32,337 nt of DNA from an uncultured Erysipelotrichaceae bacterium (GTDB lineage: Bacteria; Bacillota_I; Bacilli_A; RF39; UBA660): NCBI GenBank assembly GCA_902773365.1, contig CACYEG010000033.1, forward strand, positions 1 to 32,337. The letters run 5' to 3'. A program made the translations under genes and the position numbers. Position 1 is the first letter of the stretch. The number at the start of each line of letters is the position of its first letter. The notes beneath the pieces are model-generated. The model was not told the DNA's origin. It ran no database searches and was given only the letters and a program-made list of their open reading frames with translations. Of this stretch, positions 8,174-15,942 are shown one piece after another.

Positions 8174-8203
8174 TGTGTAATGCTGCATAAGCAGCATTAC
8201 ACA
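8174..8203 (-). promoter_or_regulatory. perfect 13-bp stem / 4-nt loop hairpin between the TasA-like gene and the peptidase gene
   Basis: tgtgtaatgctgc (8174-8186), ataa, gcagcattacaca (8191-8203). In the sense (minus) direction it is not followed by a U-tract. The U-tract is on the plus-strand side only. Confidence 0.6.
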
Positions 8204-8221
8204 TATTTTTAGTTAGTAGGA

Positions 8222-8785
8222 TTAAGCTTGTGCTTGTCCATATGTTAAAGTTACAGTTAATGTCTGAGTTTGATCTGTCTCTGGTAATGAACTTTCATTT
8301 GCTGGTTCAACATAAGAAACTTTTACATGAATAGTTTCAGTGCCTTCTGGTGCTAATGCTGAGTTACCAGTTATAGTATTTGTTGCAGCTGTGTAGTTAG
8401 TACTATTATATGTAACAACATGATCTAAATAATCAATATTAGAAGTGCTCGTTAATGCGATAGTTTTAAGTATAGCATTAAAATCACCGGCATTGATTAC
8501 ATCTGCATCAAATTCATAATAGTCACCAGGTTTATTTAAAGTGACAGTATATGAAATTGAAGTAGATCCATCTGCTGGTACACTTGGAGCTGTTGTAACA
8601 GTTGCGCCATTATTATTGATATTCTTAACTTCTTTGAAGTGAACATCCCATTTAGTAGCTTTTGCAGTAACTCCTCCTGTAATTGTTAAGTTAACATCAG
8701 AGAACGCAAAACCTATCGACATAGCAACTACTGCAACTAATAAAATAGCAATAACAGCAACATAAAAAGTGTTCTTCTTTTCCAT
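8222..8785 (-). CDS. small secreted beta-rich protein, TasA/camelysin-like candidate major subunit with SipW-type signal peptide
   Basis: ATG at 8785 (MEKKNTFYVAVIAILLVAVVAMSIGFAFSDVNLTITGGVTA...) with GGAGG at 8793-8797 (7-nt spacer). The ORF-track start is a TTG two codons upstream. FAFSD resembles the (F/W)A-x-F-(S/N)-D end of the TasA/CalY signal peptides. LNKPGDYYEFDADVINAGDFNAIL resembles TasA's NLKPGDKLTKDFQFENNGSLAIKEV. The functional call is by motif only. Confidence 0.75.
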   Translation of the reverse strand: MEKKNTFYVAVIAILLVAVVAMSIGFAFSDVNLTITGGVTAKATKWDVHFKEVKNINNNGATVTTAPSVPADGSTSISYTVTLNKPGDYYEFDADVINAGDFNAILKTIALTSTSNIDYLDHVVTYNSTNYTAATNTITGNSALAPEGTETIHVKVSYVEPANESSLPETDQTQTLTVTLTYGQAQA

Positions 8786-8808
8786 ATTCAATCCTCCTTA
8801 TTATCTTT

Positions 8809-8836
8809 AGTATAACACAAAATAATTCAAATACAA
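8809..8836 (-). promoter_or_regulatory. sigma-A-type promoter with extended -10 for the TasA-like/SipW-type module
   Basis: The minus strand reads TTGTAT, 16 nt, (TGT)TATACT. The -35 is at 8831-8836, the -10 at 8809-8814, and TG is at the extended -10 position. Confidence 0.45.
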
Positions 8837-8856
8837 ATCATTTTTATTCATTTTAC

Positions 8857-8881
8857 AAAAAAAGCCACGCATAAAAGTGAC
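8857..8881 (-). terminator. weak rho-independent terminator after the ABC exporter operon
   Basis: Minus RNA reads GUCAC-UUUUAUGC-GUGGC (5-bp stem including one G-U pair) immediately after the stop at 8882-8884, followed by U7 (8857-8863). Confidence 0.35.
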
Positions 8882-10951
8882 CTATAGTTCAAACTGTGAA
8901 TTATATAACTTTGAATAGAAGCCTTCCTTCTTCATAAGTTCATCGTGTGTTCCTTGTTCAATGATATTTCCTTCATTCATAACTAGTATTAAATCTGCAT
9001 TTTTAATAGTTGATAACCTGTGTGCAATTATAAAGCTTGTTTTGCCTTCTGTTAATTTATCCATTGCCTTTTGAACAAGTTCTTCTGTTCTTGTATCTAC
9101 GTTGCTGGTGGCTTCATCTAAAATTAAGAATGGTGCTTTTTCGATCATGCCTCTAGCAATAGTCAATAATTGCTTTTGTCCTTGACTGATTGTATCATTA
9201 TCGCCAAGTTTAGCTTCTAACTCGCCAGGTAATGTCTTAATAAAATGATCTACACCTACAGTTTTACAAGCATTCCAAATGTCTTTATCTTGTACATCAT
9301 TTTTATTAAATATTATATTTTCTTTAATAGTACCTTCAAATAGCCAAGTATCCTGTAATACCATTACAAATAAATCATGAATATTTTCTCTAGTTAAATC
9401 TTTTATGGATATGCCATCTATTATAATATCGCCAGAGTCTATTTCATAGAATTTCATTAAGAGATTTACCATTGTCGTCTTCCCAGCACCTGTTGGACCG
9501 ACAATTGCGACTTTTTGGCCACTTTTTATGAAAGCACTAAAGTCTTTTATGATCGGTTTTTCTTTATCATAACCAAATTTAACATTCTTAAATTCAATAT
9601 TTCCTTTTACATTATTTTTATCTAAATACTTTGTCAATCTCGATTCATCACTGAGATTTTGTTCATCTAAGAATTCAAATACCCTTTCTTGAGCAGCTGC
9701 GGTTGATTGTAGACCAGTTAAAGCTTGGGCTATTTGTGACAATGGATTAGTAAATAATCTTATATAAATCATGAATGCAACAATCGACCCAAATGTCGTT
9801 TTATTATTCATGACAAGAACTGCTCCTACTACGCAGACAGCAACATAGCCAAAATTGCCAATAAATCCCATAATTGGTTGCATTATGCCTGATAAGAATT
9901 GACTTTTTCTATTGCAATCGTAAAGCCTATTATTTATTTCATCAAATTCTTTTAAAGCATCTTCTTCTCCATTATAAGTTTTTACAACATTGTGTCCTGA
10001 ATATATTTCTTCTATGTGTGCATTTAAATTGCCCAACTCGTTTTGTCTTTCGATAAAATACTTCTGACTTTTCTTTAGTAAAACCGCAGAAAAAGCAAAA
10101 CCAAATATGCTTGCAAAGATTGCCGTAAAAGCCATTATCCAATTAGTTATAAACATCATAAGAATTGAACCTAAAAATAGTGTAATATTTGCAACAAGTG
10201 TAGATAGACTAGTATTCATATTCATGCCAATCGAATCTATATCATTAGTAACTCTCGATAATATGTCACCAGTTTCGTGAGTATCGAAATATTTAAGTGG
10301 CAGTTTATTTATTTTCAAACTGATATCATTTCTCAGTTTTTTGGAGTAAGCATTTGAAACTTCGGCCATAATTCTACCCTGTATATAGTTGAATAGTGAA
10401 CTCAATATATATATGATAGCTAATACTAATACTCTAATATTTATAGATTTAGTATTCATTTTGGGAATAACTAAGGTTTTAATAGATTCAGGTAACTCAT
10501 CTATTAGTTTCAATTCATTCTGTTTATTATCTTTAAGATTATTCTGTAAATCTATAAATTTTATCTGGTCATCAATAGAAATAATACTATTATTTACATT
10601 TATTTCTGTCAACAATTTTTGTTTTTCAAAAGAGTTTAAATTTGTAAAATATTCCTCAAATTCCATTGGATTTGCTAAAGAACCCTCGTAGTTTTTAAAG
10701 GCATTCCTATATATATTTATGTATACTTCCTGTAAAGCGTTTATATTGGGTTTAATCCCTGTGGTGATGATATTAGTAATGCTGGATAGTTTGCTAGGAG
10801 CAATAGTAGATAATATAGCACTAAATAATGCAAGAATAGTACATATAATTATCATTTTTCTCCATTTATCCAAGTTTTTAAATAAACGTATCATAGTTCC
10901 TTTAAAATCTTTTGATTTTAATGGTACATTCATTCCTCCTGGTCTAGGCAT
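8882..10951 (-). CDS. ABC exporter permease/ATPase, BmrD/YheH-like subunit (consensus NBD with degenerate signature, extended first extracellular loop)
   Basis: Walker A GPTGAGKTT, Q-loop VLQD, degenerate signature ISQGQ, Walker B FLILDEATS, H-loop IIAHR. About 115 aa lie between TM1 and TM2 (roughly 10441-10786). GGAGG lies 9 nt upstream of the ATG, and the gene overlaps the upstream stop by 8 nt. Confidence 0.92.
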   Translation of the reverse strand: MPRPGGMNVPLKSKDFKGTMIRLFKNLDKWRKMIIICTILALFSAILSTIAPSKLSSITNIITTGIKPNINALQEVYINIYRNAFKNYEGSLANPMEFEEYFTNLNSFEKQKLLTEINVNNSIISIDDQIKFIDLQNNLKDNKQNELKLIDELPESIKTLVIPKMNTKSINIRVLVLAIIYILSSLFNYIQGRIMAEVSNAYSKKLRNDISLKINKLPLKYFDTHETGDILSRVTNDIDSIGMNMNTSLSTLVANITLFLGSILMMFITNWIMAFTAIFASIFGFAFSAVLLKKSQKYFIERQNELGNLNAHIEEIYSGHNVVKTYNGEEDALKEFDEINNRLYDCNRKSQFLSGIMQPIMGFIGNFGYVAVCVVGAVLVMNNKTTFGSIVAFMIYIRLFTNPLSQIAQALTGLQSTAAAQERVFEFLDEQNLSDESRLTKYLDKNNVKGNIEFKNVKFGYDKEKPIIKDFSAFIKSGQKVAIVGPTGAGKTTMVNLLMKFYEIDSGDIIIDGISIKDLTRENIHDLFVMVLQDTWLFEGTIKENIIFNKNDVQDKDIWNACKTVGVDHFIKTLPGELEAKLGDNDTISQGQKQLLTIARGMIEKAPFLILDEATSNVDTRTEELVQKAMDKLTEGKTSFIIAHRLSTIKNADLILVMNEGNIIEQGTHDELMKKEGFYSKLYNSQFEL

Positions 10952-12704
10952 TTTCCAATTCCTCCTTACTTAACTGTGATAGAGCAATTTCTTTATATAC
11001 TTCACAAGTTTTTAATAATTCTTTGTGTGTACCCATGCCAACACATTTACCTTTATCTAAAACGATAATTTTATCTGCATTCATTATTGTACCAATTCTT
11101 TGGGCAACTATCATAATGGTTGCATCTTTAGTATACTTTTTTAACGCTTTTCTTAGAATCGAATCTGTTTTATAATCTAAGGCAGAGAAAGAATCGTCAA
11201 ATATGTAGATCTCTGGGTCCTTTGCAATAGCTCTAGCGATCGATAACCTTTGCATCTGACCACCAGATATATTTGTTCCGCCCCTTGCAATTAAAGTATC
11301 ATACTGTTTATCCATCTTTAAAACAAAGTCTTCAGCTTGCGCTACTTTAATTGCTTCTTTAATTTTGTTTAATGGAATTACCTTTTCCCCATTGTTACCG
11401 TATGACACATTACCTCTTACTGTTTTAGTAAACATCACAGCTTTTTGAGGAATATAACCAATTTTATTATTTAAATATTTTATATTGTAATCTTTTACAT
11501 TAATCGCATCGACTAGTACTTCGCCTTCAGTTGCATCATATAATCGTGGTACTAAATTAATAAGTGTAGACTTACCAGATCCTGTCGAACCAATAAAAGC
11601 GATAGTTTCTCCTTTATTTACTGTAAAAGATATATTCTTTAGCAAGTATTCTTCTGCATCGGGATATTTAAAACTGACATTTTTAAATTCAACAACGCCT
11701 TTTAAACTTGTTTTACCTGAAAAACTACCGGGCTTCATCGAAATTTCCTCATCCAAAACAGCATTAATTCTTTTAATTGATACATTAGCCCTCGGTAATA
11801 TCATAAATATCATCGTTAACATCAAAAATGATATAATAACTTGCATGCCATAGCTGCTAAAAACTACTATGTTACTAAACATATTTATTCTTTCAATCAT
11901 TCCGCTTTTTGCTATTATGTAAGCACCAACAAAGTAAATGCCAAGTTGTTGAAAATGCATAACAAAACCCATAATTGGACTCATTAGAGCAAAAGTCCTT
12001 TGGTTTTTAAGTTGCGTATTTGTCAAATCATCATTAACTTCACTAAATCTCTCGTTTTGGAAATTCTCCGCATTAAAAGCCCTAACTACTCTTATACCTG
12101 TAATATTCTCTCTTGTTACACTATTTATTTTATCGGTAAGTTTTTGCATACGTTCAAATCTTGGCGTAACTGTTTTTATAATAATTAAATTTGTAATGAC
12201 GATTATTACTACACCGAAAGCAGTAATGAGACTTAATTCTCCGCTTTTACCCAATATTTTTAATAGAGCCCAAACTGCCATTATTGGAGACTTTATAATC
12301 ATTTGCAATCCCATACTTAAAAGCATTTCAATTTGTGTTACATCGTTTGTTGTTCTTGTAATTAAACTGCTCGTTGAAAAATTTTTAATTTCTGCAATAC
12401 CAAATTCTTCAACTTTCATGAAAATCTTTCTTCGGATATTTTTAGAAAAATTTGCGGCAAGTAAAGATGTTAAATAGCCTATTAAAACAGTCGATAGCAT
12501 ACTTATTATGGCACATACAAGCATATAAGCACCTGGCTTTAATATTCCTTTAACGCCCGTTTTTTTCATAGTTACTATTCTAGTAATTTCACTCATATAC
12601 TCCGGCAATCTTAAGTCTAGAAACACAGAAAAAACAATCAATATGACAATACACATAATAATTAAAAAATCTTTTAAAGAAAAATTTTTAAACAGTTTAA
12701 ACAT
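10944..12704 (-). CDS. ABC exporter permease/ATPase, BmrC/YheI-like subunit (degenerate catalytic site)
   Basis: Walker A GSTGSGKST, canonical signature ISGGQ, Walker B IYIFDDS (catalytic Glu replaced by Asp), H-loop IVAQR (His replaced by Gln). This is the classic asymmetric heterodimer pattern when paired with the next gene. ATG at 12704 (MFKLFKNF...) with GGAGG at 12714-12718. Confidence 0.92.
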   Translation of the reverse strand: MFKLFKNFSLKDFLIIMCIVILIVFSVFLDLRLPEYMSEITRIVTMKKTGVKGILKPGAYMLVCAIISMLSTVLIGYLTSLLAANFSKNIRRKIFMKVEEFGIAEIKNFSTSSLITRTTNDVTQIEMLLSMGLQMIIKSPIMAVWALLKILGKSGELSLITAFGVVIIVITNLIIIKTVTPRFERMQKLTDKINSVTRENITGIRVVRAFNAENFQNERFSEVNDDLTNTQLKNQRTFALMSPIMGFVMHFQQLGIYFVGAYIIAKSGMIERINMFSNIVVFSSYGMQVIISFLMLTMIFMILPRANVSIKRINAVLDEEISMKPGSFSGKTSLKGVVEFKNVSFKYPDAEEYLLKNISFTVNKGETIAFIGSTGSGKSTLINLVPRLYDATEGEVLVDAINVKDYNIKYLNNKIGYIPQKAVMFTKTVRGNVSYGNNGEKVIPLNKIKEAIKVAQAEDFVLKMDKQYDTLIARGGTNISGGQMQRLSIARAIAKDPEIYIFDDSFSALDYKTDSILRKALKKYTKDATIMIVAQRIGTIMNADKIIVLDKGKCVGMGTHKELLKTCEVYKEIALSQLSKEELENA

Positions 12705-12748
12705 GTAAATTTCCTCCTTTTTATGAAATAAAAAGGGTATCACCCCTA

Positions 12749-13435
12749 TTAGTTATCTCTATTTCTGCCATAGATAAGTATCAATCTTAAAATACTAAGC
12801 GCTGCACTTAAAACTCCTGCTACATAGGTTAAGGCTGCAGCCCTTAATACTTTTTTGCTGCCAGATACTTCTTCGCTATTTAACAAATTTAAATTTTGTA
12901 ACTCTATTAAAGCACGTCTAGAAGCATCTATTTCAACTGGTAAAGTTACAAGTTGAAATAAAAGTATGGCACTTTCTAAGATTATTCCAGTCCAAATAAG
13001 ATTTAAGCTTTGCATTACAATACCTATGACAATTACAATGTATCCAACTCTTGATGAAATGTTGACAATTGGTACTATCTTTGATCTAATTCTCATAAAT
13101 GTATATCCAACTTTATCTTGAATAGCGTGTCCACACTCATGAGCTGCAACAGAAACAGAACTAATCGACTCTCCGTGAAAGACCTCACTAGATAGTCTTA
13201 TCACTTTTCTACTTGGATCATAATGATCAGTAAGATTACCTTTAGTCTCTACTATATATATGTCATTTAATCCGTTTTTATCCAATATTTCCTGAGCTGC
13301 TTCTCTTCCCGTTATTCCTTTTTTTGTAGATACCTTAGAAAATCTACTATAGTTAAACTTTACATAAAGACTTGCACCTAATGTGATAATTAATGTTATT
13401 AATGTAATTCCATAATATATTATATAATCGTTCAT
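12749..13435 (-). CDS. YugP-like membrane zinc metallopeptidase (Zn_peptidase_2 family)
   Basis: N-terminal TM, HECGHAIQD (HExxH), and two C-terminal TM helices. ATG at 13435 with GGAGG at 13440-13444. Confidence 0.85.
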   Translation of the reverse strand: MNDYIIYYGITLITLIITLGASLYVKFNYSRFSKVSTKKGITGREAAQEILDKNGLNDIYIVETKGNLTDHYDPSRKVIRLSSEVFHGESISSVSVAAHECGHAIQDKVGYTFMRIRSKIVPIVNISSRVGYIVIVIGIVMQSLNLIWTGIILESAILLFQLVTLPVEIDASRRALIELQNLNLLNSEEVSGSKKVLRAAALTYVAGVLSAALSILRLILIYGRNRDN

Positions 13436-13463
13436 AAATCCTCCTATATCCAATAATAATGAT

Positions 13464-13492
13464 ATTATATAATATTATATTTTACTATGCAA
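13464..13492 (-). promoter_or_regulatory. near-consensus sigma-A promoter for the yugP-like/ABC operon
   Basis: The minus strand reads TTGCAT, 17 nt, TATAAT. The -35 is at 13487-13492 and the -10 at 13464-13469. Confidence 0.5.
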
Positions 13493-13503
13493 CTTCTCTT
13501 TAA

Positions 13504-13535
13504 ATTAAAAAAAGTGTTAACATCGTCAACACTTT
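13504..13535 (-). terminator. rho-independent terminator after ftsZ
   Basis: Minus RNA reads AAAGUGUUGA-CGAUG-UUAACACUUU, a ~10-bp stem including one G-U pair, followed by UUUUAAUUU. Confidence 0.65.
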
Positions 13536-13546
13536 AAATAATCTTT

Positions 13547-14590
13547 TTAATAATCTCTATCTCTTAAGAATGGAGGTAAATCGAAATCGTCTTCTCTACT
13601 CTTTATTGTTTCTTTATTTTTGTTAGGGGTTTCGTCAGATTCTAAATCATCAAATCCTGTTGCAATAACAGTGACTATTACTTCATCAGTTAGGTTTTCG
13701 TTGATAACAACACCAAATATTGTATTGATATCAGTATTAGCGGATTCTCTTACTACATCTACAGCTTCTTCGGCTTCTATAAGTGTAAGTGACTTGCCAC
13801 CAGTTACATTGATAATTGCATCTGTTGCACCTTCTATACTTGTTTCAAGTAGTGGACTAGATACTGCGGCTTTAGCAGCTTCAAGGGCCCTATTCTCGCC
13901 AACTCCTAAGCCAATTCCAATCATTGCATTTCCGCGTTTTTCCATAACAGCTTTAACATCAGCGAAGTCTAGGTTAATTAAACCCGTTACAGCAATTAAA
14001 TCACTAATTGATTGTACTCCCCTATGAAGTACATTATCTACTTCTTTGAATGCATCTTCAAATTGTGTAGATTTATCGATGATGTCTCTCAATTTATCGT
14101 TTGGAATAACTATAAGTGTATCGACATGTTTTTTAAGTTCTTCAACACCCTTGATAGCTTGTTCCATTCTTCTATTACCTTCGAATCTAAATGGCTTTGT
14201 AACAATTCCCACAGTAAGAGCTCCTAAACTTTGAGCGATTTCTGCGACGATTGGCGCACCACCTGTTCCGGTTCCACCACCCATTCCGCAAGTTACAAAT
14301 ACCATATCGGCACCCTTAAGTGCTTCTTCGATTTCCGATTTGCTCTCAAGAGCTGATTCTTTTCCAACTTCTGGTTTAGTACCTGCTCCAAGTCCGTTAG
14401 TAATAGTAGCTCCTATTTGTAATTTAACTGGTGCTTTTGAACTGTTTAAAACCTGTAAATCTGTATTAGCAACTATGAAATCGACACCTTTTACCCCAGA
14501 TTCTATCATTCTATTGACGGCATTACATCCACCGCCACCTATACCAATAACCTTAATCTTAGCGATTTGGTTCATCTCTAATCCATTCAT
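13547..14590 (-). CDS. ftsZ: cell division GTPase FtsZ
   Basis: [17 protein letters not shown], tubulin signature [12 protein letters not shown], and a C-terminal linker plus DFDLPPFLR peptide. Confidence 0.97.
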   Translation of the reverse strand: MNGLEMNQIAKIKVIGIGGGGCNAVNRMIESGVKGVDFIVANTDLQVLNSSKAPVKLQIGATITNGLGAGTKPEVGKESALESKSEIEEALKGADMVFVTCGMGGGTGTGGAPIVAEIAQSLGALTVGIVTKPFRFEGNRRMEQAIKGVEELKKHVDTLIVIPNDKLRDIIDKSTQFEDAFKEVDNVLHRGVQSISDLIAVTGLINLDFADVKAVMEKRGNAMIGIGLGVGENRALEAAKAAVSSPLLETSIEGATDAIINVTGGKSLTLIEAEEAVDVVRESANTDINTIFGVVINENLTDEVIVTVIATGFDDLESDETPNKNKETIKSREDDFDLPPFLRDRDY

Positions 14591-14602
14591 ATATACATTC
14601 TC

Positions 14603-15844
14603 CTAACTATCAAAAAAGTATCCAAAAACCTTGCCCAACAAAGAAGTGTTTCCACTTATTTTGTTATCTTTATTATTCATTTTTTCTATTTCACTATCTT
14701 TAAATATTGAAAATACTATACCCCTTAAAGCAGTTTTTTCTTCAAAGTATTTAAGTATTCCAATGGCGCTTGCATATGAGTTGTCTCTTGCTCCTAAAAT
14801 GTTTAAGGATCCAACTCTACTACCTTTACCCAAGACTTTTTCCATCGTAAGATTAAAATCTTTGAGTTCAGTCAATCCTCCTGTTACAATTATATAACTA
14901 ATTTCTTTTTTTGTTAAGATATTTATTTGCTTTTTAGCTAAATTTAGTATTTCTTCAATCCTACTCTCTGCAATTGAACTGACATCGTATTGATTCAATT
15001 CAATCTCAACCTGATCTAATGAAACCACTTTTCTTACTTCATGTAGATTTGCAAGTTCTACTGATCCAAGAGCGATATCTCGATATATTTCTTTGCTAGC
15101 CTTAAAATCAATTTTATTCAAGAAAGCAATATCACGTATAATGTTTTCTCCGCCAATTTTATAGGTTTTATTGTTTGCAAGTATTCCACGGTTAAATATT
15201 GAAATGCTCGTTCTTTCATGCCCTATATTTATAATAGCTCCTGCCTCATTATCTAAATCTACATCTTTAAATGAATAATAATCACCCAATGCATTTGGTA
15301 TTATATCCACAATCTTTAAACCACTATCAGAAGCAGCTTTCATTATTGAAGAAATATAATCTTTTGGGGTTGTAATAACAATGGATTGTACACCAAGATG
15401 AGTACTTTTCATTCCTTTTGGATCTTTTGTGACTCTTTCATCGTCTAAAATAAATCTAATTGGAATTACTCCCAATAATACAAAACCTTCATCGATTAGA
15501 CCTGATGCACTTTTTTTAATAACTTCTTCTATATCAGTTCCGTTAATAATATATTCGTCGTTTCTTATGTCAATTAATCCTGTAGCTTTAATTAGCTTTG
15601 CGTTTTGCATATTGACACCAAGTATAGACTTTTTAATATCTATGCCTATAGTACAAGAAGCCGCACTAACAGCTGATTTAATCGCACCACTTAACTTTTC
15701 TATATCGGTTACTTTTCCGTTTTCTATTCCGGAAGAATTAACTTTATTTGCACTTAAAATGTGAAGTTTACCTTCAATGAACTCCCCAATTACTAATTTA
15801 ATTGTATCACAGCCAATATCAATACTCGAAACTATTTTTCTCAT
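14603..15844 (-). CDS. ftsA: cell division protein FtsA
   Basis: Actin-like ATPase (IDIGCDTIKLVIGE, VTGGLTE) with a C-terminal amphipathic membrane-targeting helix (LLGKVFGYFFDS). I prefer the ATG at 15844 (MRKIVSS...) with GGAG 8 nt upstream. The ORF-track start is a GTG three codons earlier. Confidence 0.95.
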   Translation of the reverse strand: MRKIVSSIDIGCDTIKLVIGEFIEGKLHILSANKVNSSGIENGKVTDIEKLSGAIKSAVSAASCTIGIDIKKSILGVNMQNAKLIKATGLIDIRNDEYIINGTDIEEVIKKSASGLIDEGFVLLGVIPIRFILDDERVTKDPKGMKSTHLGVQSIVITTPKDYISSIMKAASDSGLKIVDIIPNALGDYYSFKDVDLDNEAGAIINIGHERTSISIFNRGILANNKTYKIGGENIIRDIAFLNKIDFKASKEIYRDIALGSVELANLHEVRKVVSLDQVEIELNQYDVSSIAESRIEEILNLAKKQINILTKKEISYIIVTGGLTELKDFNLTMEKVLGKGSRVGSLNILGARDNSYASAIGILKYFEEKTALRGIVFSIFKDSEIEKMNNKDNKISGNTSLLGKVFGYFFDS

Positions 15845-15874
15845 ATCAAACACTCCACTTTTATAATTAAGCTA

Positions 15875-15903
15875 ATTATACTATAAATAGTCTACAATGT
15901 AAA
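15875..15903 (-). promoter_or_regulatory. sigma-A-type promoter for ftsA-ftsZ
   Basis: The minus strand reads TTTACA, 17 nt, TATAAT. The -35 is at 15898-15903 and the -10 at 15875-15880. Confidence 0.5.
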
Positions 15904-15942
15904 ACAAATTTCTCTAATCAACCATAAAAAAACTAGAGAACA

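Noticed and set aside
5977-8204. The longer N-terminal extensions given by the ORF track (starts at 6021, 7066, 8204 and 8791).
   Set aside because: Internal ATGs at 5976, 7012 and 8785 have well-spaced SD sequences and give classic Lys-rich signal-peptide n-regions. The 8204 start lies inside the 13-bp hairpin. The extensions would also overlap the upstream genes extensively.
10441-10786. Treating the ~115-aa insertion between TM1 and TM2 of the second ABC subunit as a novel domain.
   Set aside because: The B. subtilis homologue pair YheI/YheH (BmrC/BmrD) shows, as I recall it, the same length asymmetry, with an extracellular insertion in the longer subunit. This is probably a family trait.
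8882-12704. Treating the adjacent ABC pair as the dedicated exporter of the TasA-like module.
   Set aside because: A U7-tailed hairpin and a separate promoter lie between the ABC operon and the module. Both module substrates carry Sec-type signal peptides. The ABC pair has the generic BmrCD/LmrCD-type multidrug-exporter signature.
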